NCBI GenBank assembly: GCA_964619725.1
Contig: CAZUFC010000030.1
Location: 19,804-70,867, forward strand
Source of the DNA: an uncultured bacterium
Lineage (GTDB): Bacteria; CSSED10-310; CAZUFC01
Direction: 5' to 3'
Length of the DNA stretch: 51,064 nucleotides
Every line of letters starts with the position of its first letter. Position 1 is the stretch's first letter. Below the pieces are notes generated by a model. It had not been told where the DNA came from. It did no database searches and was given only the letters and a program-made list of their open reading frames with translations. This document shows positions 39,530 to 48,369 of the stretch, one piece after another. The position numbers and the translations under genes were made by a program.

Positions 39530-41404
39530 TCAAAACCTGTATCCTATCGAAACCTCGACGATATCGGCCGTATAATCATTGAAATGGTGCAACTCTTCTT
39601 CATAATCTTCGTATCTGTATTCGGTTCTTATGAGCGCGCCTCCAAACATGGTCCATTCAATCCTGCCGCTTAACCGCATTTGACTGACAGGCCATGATTC
39701 ATCATTATCCATTACGACGAAATTTCCGCTTATGCTTCGACCTTCCTGGAATTCATACTCGACCATTCCATCAAGGATATGATTATCGGCTTCGTATTGA
39801 ACCGGCCATTGGAAAGCTCCTCCGGATGTGATGATTTCCTGGTCTATTTCGCGTTTGATGTTCCTGTATGAGTAACCCAGGTTCATAGTGAGACCGCTTT
39901 GATGATAAACGGCCCTGGCATTAAGATGATCGGAATCGGATTCCCAATCAGAATCATCGTTCACGGTTCTTTTGATCAGAGCAGTCGCAGTTATGGAAAA
40001 AAGTGAATTTATCCTGGTTTTAGCCTTAAGATAGAACCGGTGATATTCACCCGGAGCTGCCGTAACGTAAGGATCGTCCGCCTGTCCGTATTGATAATCT
40101 CCGGTTAATTTGAACTTTTGGATGGAGCTCCATTTGACGTGAGAAAACAAACCCAGGCGTTCGGTAACCGGCGGTTCCGATTCATATTCATATATCCCAT
40201 GACTGATATCCCGCGACTGGTACCTCGTTCCTAAACTCAGGAACAACCCAGGCGCCGGCGAATATTGTAATCCGGCTTCGCCTCTGTCTATATCATAATC
40301 CCAGTCCGTTTCAGTATCGCTTCCATCCATGTTCAACCATCCTTCCTGCGAAAGATCGCGCCGGTCGAACAGTCCTCCTAACGCCCATCGATCGCTTAAC
40401 CGGTATGATAATTCAACCTCGTAAGCCGTAATATCCCGCTCAACTTCTCCCTCTCCGCTGAAGAAAAAATCCGAATATGATCCCGAATAGCCGATTCCTT
40501 CCCCCTCCTCAGAATAATCATATTCCATATCCAGGTCTTCCCGGCTTACAATCGCATTAATGGTTAATCTTTTCACAGGATTCACAATTACCCGGAAAAT
40601 GTGATTGTAACTCATGAAGTCATACGGCATATTGAGAGCAAAATCGAACAACTCCGTAGCCCCACCTTCGTTTTCATCATCCTGTCCTGGAGAAGGTCCC
40701 GGAAGAAACGCCGAGAAATTGTTTTCATAATCCCTGATCCTTTCCTCCAAAACGAAACTGACTCGCTTAAACTTAATGTTCACTCCTGCTGAGTATTCAT
40801 ATTTCGTTTCATCGATCGGTTTATCGAGAATGAACAGGTCTCTTCCGTAGGAATAGGTGATTTCACTTATTCCTTCTTTGACGTATCTGGAAAAATTCAT
40901 GAATAGATCGAACCTGCTGCCCAACCGCACCTTCAGTGCAGCATCGTCGTATTCCCTGTCGAAATTGAAGGTGTGAAGGTCCCCTTCATTATTAATATGG
41001 TAATCGCTCAGTTCCTCCGGCCAAAGTATATCGTCATAGCTGTAAGCAGCCTTTCTTCTTTTATATCTGAACTGATAGCTTCCATATTTTCTTATGGTAA
41101 CTCCTGCCCTGTAAAAGGGATCGCCGCCTAAATCAGAAAGGCTTATTTCCATCTTGTCCGCAAGTTTTTTGAGCGACCCGGCCGGTTTGCAACGTAAATA
41201 AGCTTCCATCAGCCGAAATCCATCCTGCAGGTTGACGTGCTGATCATATTTTGATTCTGCGCCTCCGACATCGACGAACCGGTAACCAGCGACCAGCAAC
41301 CCTGAAAAACGGCTTTGCTCTTCCGACTGCGCCTTAAGGTAATTAAACGGCCCGGCTGCCGCCAGGAGCAATCCAAAAATAACAAATAATTTGTATGTTT
41401 TCAT
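39530..41404 (-). CDS. Outer-membrane beta-barrel protein, MtrB/MtoB/PioB-like in size. It is the presumed porin partner of the adjacent decaheme cytochrome.
   Basis: The roughly 624-aa mature-sized protein has a signal peptide (MKTYKLFVIFGLLLAAAGPFNYLKAQ). Amphipathic beta-strand character alternates along its length and it ends in an aromatic residue (...SIGYRF). I chose the internal Met start at 41404 so it does not overlap the cytochrome gene. It lies 24 nt downstream of the decaheme gene. Confidence 0.65.
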   Translation of the reverse strand: MKTYKLFVIFGLLLAAAGPFNYLKAQSEEQSRFSGLLVAGYRFVDVGGAESKYDQHVNLQDGFRLMEAYLRCKPAGSLKKLADKMEISLSDLGGDPFYRAGVTIRKYGSYQFRYKRRKAAYSYDDILWPEELSDYHINNEGDLHTFNFDREYDDAALKVRLGSRFDLFMNFSRYVKEGISEITYSYGRDLFILDKPIDETKYEYSAGVNIKFKRVSFVLEERIRDYENNFSAFLPGPSPGQDDENEGGATELFDFALNMPYDFMSYNHIFRVIVNPVKRLTINAIVSREDLDMEYDYSEEGEGIGYSGSYSDFFFSGEGEVERDITAYEVELSYRLSDRWALGGLFDRRDLSQEGWLNMDGSDTETDWDYDIDRGEAGLQYSPAPGLFLSLGTRYQSRDISHGIYEYESEPPVTERLGLFSHVKWSSIQKFKLTGDYQYGQADDPYVTAAPGEYHRFYLKAKTRINSLFSITATALIKRTVNDDSDWESDSDHLNARAVYHQSGLTMNLGYSYRNIKREIDQEIITSGGAFQWPVQYEADNHILDGMVEYEFQEGRSISGNFVVMDNDESWPVSQMRLSGRIEWTMFGGALIRTEYRYEDYEEELHHFNDYTADIVEVSIGYRF

Positions 41405-41427
41405 TATTATCCTCCCCGGAATGCCCT

Positions 41428-42312
41428 TTATTTGCCGAAATAAGACGACAGATTGGAACCGTGTATTGCAGCATGGCAATCAGTGCAATTCGATTGCCTG
41501 GTAAATCTCTGATGCCAGACCGGGACTTCAGCATGGCAACTATAGCACAAGTCCGCAACGCTCTGAAACAGCAGCAAATGCCGGTTTACGGAACCGTGAG
41601 GATCATGACAGCCGGTACACCCTTCTATTAAAACGCCTCCATGTTCATACAGGTAAGGCCCTCGTTTGAAAGCATGACACTTGTAGCATATCTGCGGATC
41701 GTAACCGCTCAGGTTCCTCCTCCTTGACGGTCCGTGCACCTCATGACATGATGTGCATACCATGAAACCTTCCTTCAACGGATGATGCTCATTCAAATTA
41801 AATCGCGCATATATCGAAGGATGACACTCTCGACACGATTCAACTGTGCTTTCCTTGAGCAGATAACCGGCGACCTCGTTTTCGGAATGGATGCTGTGAC
41901 ATCTCATGCAATCCGTACCGGTGAATCCATGAACGGAACTGAAAAACCTCGATGTTTTTTTCTTATGACATTGAACGCATGCAGCGGTTTTTGAAATAGG
42001 CGTTTCCTTCTCGCTGAACGTCGTCATTCCTGCTGTATTCGTATAATCCTCCACATGCGCTTTATATCCCTTATGACATGCCGCACAACTGAATTCGACA
42101 GATTCTCCGCCGTGGGCCTTTTTACGATCCAGAGAAACATGAGGGTTATCTTTGATCGAAGATACGACTTCATCATGACAACCCGCGCATAATCGGACAT
42201 CGGAGCTTTCCTGCGCTGCCGACGGAAAGTAAACGATATGCAACACGATCACGGTGAATATAAATGCCTGCACGACTGTGACATAATGTGTGCGGCGCAT
42301 GAGGAAATTCAT
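41428..42312 (-). CDS. Periplasmic decaheme c-type cytochrome, MtrA/MtoA/PioA/DmsE-like.
   Basis: The 294-aa ORF has a signal peptide and exactly ten CxxCH motifs: CAGCH, CAACH, CVQCH, CMRCH, CRECH, CTSCH, CYKCH, CTGCH, CYSCH and CTDCH. Confidence 0.85.
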   Translation of the reverse strand: MNFLMRRTHYVTVVQAFIFTVIVLHIVYFPSAAQESSDVRLCAGCHDEVVSSIKDNPHVSLDRKKAHGGESVEFSCAACHKGYKAHVEDYTNTAGMTTFSEKETPISKTAACVQCHKKKTSRFFSSVHGFTGTDCMRCHSIHSENEVAGYLLKESTVESCRECHPSIYARFNLNEHHPLKEGFMVCTSCHEVHGPSRRRNLSGYDPQICYKCHAFKRGPYLYEHGGVLIEGCTGCHDPHGSVNRHLLLFQSVADLCYSCHAEVPVWHQRFTRQSNCTDCHAAIHGSNLSSYFGK

Positions 42313-42354
42313 TTCAGCCCTCCCTTGATTTGATGTTGAATCTGCTTATTCTTT

Positions 42355-43155
42355 TCAAGAGTGAGAAAAAACGATGACCGCGTCAGGATCGATCACCTGA
42401 AAAGTAAAAGATTCCGTGAAATACAACCATACTTCCTTGCTGGAATGCTGTTCGTATCCCATTGAGAAATCATGTCCGAGAGTCAGACGAAAACTGCCTT
42501 CCCGTTGAGATGCCAGAAACATATCGTCGATATGAGGAGAAAATATTACCTCGCCTCCTATCAAGTCCTTTATCTGACGGTGCAGCGGATATCCTTTCAC
42601 AGTAGCCATCATCCTGCTCCACATATCGGGAGACATTACAAGCGAACAGGGTCCCGGTATGCCGGCTTTCCTGAATTTGATCATCCCCTCGGAAAGTTTT
42701 TCCATTAATGACTCAGCTCCGTCCGGATAAGGAATCACCTCATGCCCCGTTCCCTTCGCCAATCCCTCTATGCCGCCTGTATGAAAACCTTTATATACAG
42801 CCTTTTCCTCGAATGCGGCTATCTTGCGCGCAGCCTCCTCCATAGGTTCAATATCCGCATCCTCAGCCCCTCTGCTTATGTTGTCCAATTCCCATACATT
42901 CAGCTTAAAAGAAATACGGGTTTCCATCAGCGGTTTTACCTGGTGAAGACCGTACAGGACCTCCCGCTTGGGCTCCGATTCCAAAACCTGCAGACGGCCT
43001 GTCGATACTACTCCGAAATCCCATCCGTGAGGTCCATCTATCTCCACGAACTTTCTCGCCGTCAACGAGGTCCTGAATATTTCTCCCGCTCGTCCCCGTA
43101 ATTCCTCCCAGGCCCTATCGGATATGGGCGCTAACGATTGTCTCAATATGTCCAT
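42355..43155 (-). CDS. Family 1 encapsulin (linocin M18-like) nanocompartment shell protein.
   Basis: The 266-aa ORF is colinear with Thermotoga maritima encapsulin. MDILRQSLAPISDRAWEELRGRAGEIFRTSLTARKFVEIDGPHGWDF aligns with [47 protein letters not shown], and the match continues through the C-terminus (..TESFTFQVIDPDAVIV). Confidence 0.9.
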   Translation of the reverse strand: MDILRQSLAPISDRAWEELRGRAGEIFRTSLTARKFVEIDGPHGWDFGVVSTGRLQVLESEPKREVLYGLHQVKPLMETRISFKLNVWELDNISRGAEDADIEPMEEAARKIAAFEEKAVYKGFHTGGIEGLAKGTGHEVIPYPDGAESLMEKLSEGMIKFRKAGIPGPCSLVMSPDMWSRMMATVKGYPLHRQIKDLIGGEVIFSPHIDDMFLASQREGSFRLTLGHDFSMGYEQHSSKEVWLYFTESFTFQVIDPDAVIVFSHS

Positions 43156-43175
43156 TGGTTTCCTCCTTCTGTTTT

Positions 43176-43535
43176 CTAAGGTTTGCCTATCTTAAGGTCA
43201 GGGTTGTCGCTATCCTCTGATTCCGGTTCTTCATTTTCTTCCTGCATCTCCTCCAGCTCCGTTATGTCTCCTTCCTTAAACAGGTAAGTCCGCATCTCCT
43301 CATCCCAGCCCGGCATATTCCTTCTCAACCATTCCAGAATCATGCACGCATGCTCGATCTCCTCATCCCTGTTATGAGACAGAATTTTCTTCATCGCCTC
43401 ATCCGAAGCCGCATCAACCCTCTGGTTGTACCAATCCACAGCCTCGATTTCTTCTTTCAGACTGTGCAATGCACGTGTACAATCTCTGGTTAAATCCCTT
43501 AATTCATCAGTCGGTTCATGATATTCCGCCATTTT
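43176..43535 (-). CDS. Encapsulated ferritin-like cargo protein (EncFtn) with a C-terminal targeting peptide.
   Basis: The protein is about 119 aa. ExxH ferroxidase-type motifs are present (EEIEAVDWY; DEEIEHACM). An acidic linker is followed by a C-terminal ...DLKIGKP, which resembles the T. maritima cargo peptide GGDLGIRK. I start it at an ATG with an aaggag SD. The ORF track starts at 43613. It lies 20 nt upstream of the encapsulin gene. Confidence 0.75.
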   Translation of the reverse strand, partial: KMAEYHEPTDELRDLTRDCTRALHSLKEEIEAVDWYNQRVDAASDEAMKKILSHNRDEEIEHACMILEWLRRNMPGWDEEMRTYLFKEGDITELEEMQEENEEPESEDSDNPDLKIGKP

Positions 43536-43584
43536 TGCTGCTCCTTCCCGTTGAAAATACCAATAACTGAGTCTCTGAAAAAAG

Positions 43585-43604
43585 AAGCAAACGCCGTGCC
43601 TAAT
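43585..43604 (-). promoter_or_regulatory. Sigma-54 -24/-12 promoter, aGGCACG-gcgt-TTGCT, in front of the EncFtn-encapsulin-cytochrome-porin operon.
   Basis: The minus-strand sequence aggcacggcgtttgct matches TGGCACG-N4-TTGCW at every position except the first T. It lies about 50 nt upstream of the cargo-gene ATG. Confidence 0.6.
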
Positions 43605-43621
43605 TCTCAACACTGAATCAA

Positions 43622-43790
43622 CCAGGATTTCTCATATAACCTGTTACGAACGGCCATATCCCCGCACCTTTAAGCCCTGCTCACTTCGGACCTGATCAAC
43701 ATAACGCCCCCATGCTTCCGCAGTCCTCCGGTCCGCCACGCTAGAATCTGCGGGAATCTGAACGCTCTCACTACAATTTTATATGAAAAA
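43622..43790. repeat. Repeat family C copy 2.
   Basis: It contains atgcttccgcagtcctccggtccgccacgctagaatctgcgggaatc and the shared flanking blocks. It aligns with 4478-4625. Confidence 0.7.
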
Positions 43791-44099
43791 TCCGGGCTAA
43801 CGCACTGCTGCTGATAAAAACTTTGTATTTCATCCCGAAATCCTTTTGAATAAAAATTGAATTAGAAATTTTACAATTTTTTTTAGCAATTATTCTAATT
43901 TCCGACCGGCAACATAATCGTTCAGCCTGAACAAAAACTGAGGAACATTCGCAGGTCCACGGCTTAAATCCTTTTATGCAGCGCTTTCCAGGATGAGTTT
44001 GACTTCTTCAAGTGAGTCCCCTAGATTTAGAAAGGACTTAATGATGAGTTCCAGGGGAATGAATTCCATGCGCAAGAACCGGTTCTTAAGTCAGTATCT

Positions 44100-47000
44100 A
44101 TGGAAGTATCCGTATTGGGATATCTTTTGCGTACTAGACGAAAAAACATTTTGATCACAGGAATGAAAAGCGACACAATGAATCATAAAGAAGAAAAAAT
44201 AAAATTCAGTTACAGGGAATCGGGAATAATAATCCTGGCATTCGGCGCATTATATCTCATCAGCCGTTATAATTATTTGCTGTTTCATACATTATCGGAG
44301 GGGTTCAGCATAGCTATTGCTCTGGCCATATTCATTTTTGCCTGGCATTCCCATCGGATGATGAAAAACGATTTCTTCACGGTAATCGGGGTAGCTTACT
44401 TATTCGTCGGTTTGCTCGATCTGCTGCATACCCTGGCTTACCCCGGCATGAGCGTGCTGGCCGGTTCATCCACAGATTTGGGCGCTCAGCTATGGATATC
44501 TGCCCGTTTTATGGAAGCGGCTTCGCTGGGAATAGCCCTATTTTTTCTGAAACGCCGGACGAACAGGGAACTGATTTTCACAATTTACGCCCTCGTAACC
44601 GCGCTGCTCATCACCACCGTTTTCACCGGTTTCATGCCGGCCTGTTTTGTTGAAGGACAAGGGCTGACTCCTTTTAAGACAACCGTCGAATATCTCATCT
44701 GCTTTATTTTAGCTGCTGCCGCTTTTTTTCTTTATAAAAACCGTGAAGCCATTGATCACAGCGTTTTCATTCTCATTTTTGCTTCCCTGCTGGTCACTGC
44801 TCTCGCTGAAATCCTTTTTTCTTTCTACTCGAATCCTTACGACCTGGCCAATCTCTCGGGACATTTTCTTAAAATAATTTCTTTTTATTTAATTTACAAA
44901 GCCATAATATGGGTAGGTTTCACCACGCCCTTCGGACTTCAGTTCCGTGAACTCCGCCAGAATGAAGAAAAACTGAGAAAGGCCCTGGCGGAAAGAGAAG
45001 CCGCTCAAAGAAAAACAAAACGGGAACAGGGTAAATTCCTCAATATTCTGGACAGCATAAAAGATGGGATTTACATGGTTGATTCGGAATGCAACGTCGT
45101 ATATGTGAATCCGGTCATTAAACGGGAATTCGGCATGGTTGACGAAAAAAAGTGCTATGAATACCTGAACGGCCTGAGAGAACAATGCCCCTGGTGCAAT
45201 ATGGACAAAGTTATGAGCGGGGAAACCGTACGATGGGAATGGGAGGTCCCGGAAACGGGAAAAATTTATGATATTATAGAATCGCCGGTGACAGACTCCG
45301 ACGGAAGCATGTTGAAACTCAAAATACTGCGTGACGTCACGGAAATGAAGCACGCCGAGCAGCAGATCCGCGAAAGCGAAGAACGATATGATCTCATACT
45401 TGATAGCGTGGAATTGGGCATATGGGATTGGGACCTGCAGAAAAACACAGTAGTATGGAACAAACAGATGTACGGTCTTCTAGGGATGACTCCCCATCAT
45501 GGCGAAACAGACCCGGATATCTTTTTTGAACGCATTCACTCCGAAGACAGAGAGCGTATCCAACAAGAAGTGAAGTCTCTTCTGGCAAACGGCCATTTTC
45601 TGGATACGGAATTAAGAGTCTTAACGTCGGAAGGTGAAACGCTCTGGCTCAAAAGCAAGGGTAAACTTTACCGGAATGAAGAGGGAGAGCCGGTCAGGCT
45701 GCTCGGCGTCAATTATGATATTACTGCAGCAAGGGAAGCTGAAGAAACGATTAAAAGTTTATCGCGTTTTCCTGAAGAAAACGCCAATCCAGTTCTCCGA
45801 GTCAGCCTGGATGCGAAGCTGATGTATGCGAACAAGGCGGCAGCTCCTTTACTGGAAGGCTGGGGCATTGACGTTGGTGAAGAAGTTCCCTCATTCATCA
45901 ATGAGCAGATAGAATCCGCATTCAAGCAAAAATCTGTGGAGAGTTTTGATTTCCAGATTGGAGAGCTTCATTTTACGATTTCCTGTGTTCCTATACTTCA
46001 GGCAAAATACGCGAATCTTTACGGCATGGATATTACGGAAAAGAAAATAATAGAGCAACGGGAAAAGGAAGCCGCTGCCCTGGCGACTGCTTCAAAAACT
46101 GCGCTCGATGCCATGCAGGCTATGGGTGAAGGAATAGCCGTAATTCAATTGGATGGAACCATAACTTCGGTCAATCCGGCTCTGACCCGTTTAATCGGTT
46201 ATGAGGCGAACGAATTGCTGGGATGGAATATTGAAGAAATATTACCTAAATTATTTAAAGAGTATAGCCTGCAGACGACTTCCGAAGCCTGGATGAAACT
46301 GAAGCAGGGGCAGGCGCCCGTGAATCCGCCTATCAATATTATTCCTAAATCAGGAACGTCCAAAAGCGTACTGCCGACTGTTTCCTTCATTAGAAAAGAA
46401 AACAATGAACCTATTGCCGTAGTGCTTTCACTCAAAGATATTTCTCCCATACTCAAAATGCAGGAAGAATTGAAGCAGAGCGAGAAACTTTTCCGTCTGC
46501 TTGCTGAAACGATTGAAGACGTTTTCTGGATGCGTTCCACGGACTTTGAAGAGATTCTTTATGTCAGTCCGGCATACGAGAAAATCTGGGGACGCAGCCG
46601 GGAAAGCCTATACAAGGCCCCGCACTCATTGATCGATTCGGTATATCCTGGAGATCGCGATAAACTTACGTCAAAAATGTCCCGTAGACTTGACGAAGTT
46701 CAACGACTGGAATACCGCATAATTCGTCCTGACGGAGAGATCAGGTGGATACGGGACCGCACATTTCCCGTCACTGATGAAAATGATGAACAAATCGGCA
46801 CAGTAGGCAATTCGACCGACATAACCGACCTGATTGATATCCAGAATTCACTGGAAAAAAGCAAAATAATGCTGGACGAGGCTCAACGGATCGCCCATCT
46901 GGGCAACTGGGAATGGGATTTAATCACGGACGAGATCACCTGGTCTGATGAAACTTATAAGATTCTAGGTTTTGAATCAGGTAAAGCTCGCCCTGCCTAC

Positions 47001-47960
47001 GATTTGTTCATGAAGATCGTGCATCCCGAAGACAGGAACATGGTGCAACAAGAGATAGAAAAGACGCTGGAAAACAACGAAAGATACAGCATTGACCATC
47101 GGATCGTGAAACAAAACGGAGAAGTTCGTCATGTTCACGAAGACGGCGAAACGATGCTCAATGAAGAGGGAAAACCTGTCAGGATGATCGGGACCGTGCA
47201 GGACATCACGGAGCGAGTCAGGCTGGAACGCATGCTGCGGACGCAGGACAAACTGGTTTCCCTGGGAAGAATCACCGCGGGAATAGCTCATGAGATCAGG
47301 AATCCGTTGATGGGGATGAAAATTTATATGGATATATTGAAACGCATTCATCAGGAAGGCAGGACGGCGAAACCGGAAGAGATAGAAGAAATCATGGGTC
47401 AGTTGCATGGGGCGAACAAGAAGATAGAATCCGTGATCAAAAGGGTGATGGATTTTGCGAAACCGTCGACGCCCAGAATGCAGGATACCGACATCAATAA
47501 AGCCGTCAGGGAGGCCGTCGAATTATCCAGCGTTTTTCTGCGTAAAAAAGGGATAAAGATGACGAGTGAATTTGAGTCTTCATCACCCAGGAGTCAGGCT
47601 GATTCGCAGATGATCAGCCAGCTCGTACTCAATTTATTATCCAATGCTGCCGAGGCTTTGAGCAAAACAGAAGGAAAGAAGCAAATCAGAGTATCCACGA
47701 AGAAATTAGACGGTAAAATCCAAATCACGGTCAGCGATTCGGGGCCGGGCATTCCTGAAAACGTCCGGCAGCACATTTTCGAACCCTTTTTCACGACCAA
47801 AAAAGAGGGAACAGGCATTGGCCTGAGTTTGTGCAAACGGATCGTAGACGATCATCGAGGCTCTCTGTTCATAGAGGAGAACGAAGGGGGCGGCACAAAA
47901 TTCATCGCTGTTCTGCCGATGCCGGATAATGTCAGCGCCGATGATAAAAACAGCCAGTGA
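44100..47960 (+). CDS. Large membrane-anchored multi-PAS sensor histidine kinase.
   Basis: The 1286-aa ORF has an N-terminal polytopic membrane domain with about 7 TM helices and at least 5 PAS/PAC segments. The HisKA motif is GIAHEIRNPL and the HATPase_c motif is DSGPGIPENVRQHIFEPFFTTK..GTGIGLSLC. Confidence 0.9.
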   Translation: MEVSVLGYLLRTRRKNILITGMKSDTMNHKEEKIKFSYRESGIIILAFGALYLISRYNYLLFHTLSEGFSIAIALAIFIFAWHSHRMMKNDFFTVIGVAYLFVGLLDLLHTLAYPGMSVLAGSSTDLGAQLWISARFMEAASLGIALFFLKRRTNRELIFTIYALVTALLITTVFTGFMPACFVEGQGLTPFKTTVEYLICFILAAAAFFLYKNREAIDHSVFILIFASLLVTALAEILFSFYSNPYDLANLSGHFLKIISFYLIYKAIIWVGFTTPFGLQFRELRQNEEKLRKALAEREAAQRKTKREQGKFLNILDSIKDGIYMVDSECNVVYVNPVIKREFGMVDEKKCYEYLNGLREQCPWCNMDKVMSGETVRWEWEVPETGKIYDIIESPVTDSDGSMLKLKILRDVTEMKHAEQQIRESEERYDLILDSVELGIWDWDLQKNTVVWNKQMYGLLGMTPHHGETDPDIFFERIHSEDRERIQQEVKSLLANGHFLDTELRVLTSEGETLWLKSKGKLYRNEEGEPVRLLGVNYDITAAREAEETIKSLSRFPEENANPVLRVSLDAKLMYANKAAAPLLEGWGIDVGEEVPSFINEQIESAFKQKSVESFDFQIGELHFTISCVPILQAKYANLYGMDITEKKIIEQREKEAAALATASKTALDAMQAMGEGIAVIQLDGTITSVNPALTRLIGYEANELLGWNIEEILPKLFKEYSLQTTSEAWMKLKQGQAPVNPPINIIPKSGTSKSVLPTVSFIRKENNEPIAVVLSLKDISPILKMQEELKQSEKLFRLLAETIEDVFWMRSTDFEEILYVSPAYEKIWGRSRESLYKAPHSLIDSVYPGDRDKLTSKMSRRLDEVQRLEYRIIRPDGEIRWIRDRTFPVTDENDEQIGTVGNSTDITDLIDIQNSLEKSKIMLDEAQRIAHLGNWEWDLITDEITWSDETYKILGFESGKARPAYDLFMKIVHPEDRNMVQQEIEKTLENNERYSIDHRIVKQNGEVRHVHEDGETMLNEEGKPVRMIGTVQDITERVRLERMLRTQDKLVSLGRITAGIAHEIRNPLMGMKIYMDILKRIHQEGRTAKPEEIEEIMGQLHGANKKIESVIKRVMDFAKPSTPRMQDTDINKAVREAVELSSVFLRKKGIKMTSEFESSSPRSQADSQMISQLVLNLLSNAAEALSKTEGKKQIRVSTKKLDGKIQITVSDSGPGIPENVRQHIFEPFFTTKKEGTGIGLSLCKRIVDDHRGSLFIEENEGGGTKFIAVLPMPDNVSADDKNSQ

Positions 47961-48061
47961 ATTTTCACGAACCACAGCGCTCCTTTAAATGACTCCTCTG
48001 CACCGGCGCCCGCGTCCGATTGATAACTCTACCGCAAAAATAAATCTGCATAAGGGAATCC

Positions 48062-48312
48062 GGGGACTGTTCAAACACAGATTACATTTTTCTTAAAAAA
48101 ATCAGCGCAAAGGAATCCCCTGTTTTTTCATCGAGGCCCGTTTGTTTCGGGGTCGGGGTCGGGATCGAAATCCGGCGCTGATCAAAAATGGCCATGTCAG
48201 GGTTACAATTTGTCAGTTTGAATCCTTCGTGCTCGTGCTCGTGCTCAGTGCAGCGGTAATCGTAATCGAAACAAAATGATGTGATATTCTTTAGAATTGC
48301 AAAATCAAAAGA
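48062..48312 (+). repeat. Family B MITE-like element, a composite/nested copy with internal insertions and a CGTGCT-type core variant.
   Basis: The L arm is ggggactgttcaaacacagattacatttttcttaaaaaaatc. An insert follows, then ggggtcggggtcgggatcg, then a second internal L-like piece cagggttacaatttgtcagtttg, then cgtgctcgtgctcgtgct ... ggtaatcgtaatcg and the R arm aaacaaaatgatgtgatattctttagaattgcaaaatcaaaag. Confidence 0.7.
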
Positions 48313-48369
48313 AGCATTTTTGATCATTGTCGACTTTTGATCATCGCCGGTGCAATTTACGATAATATC

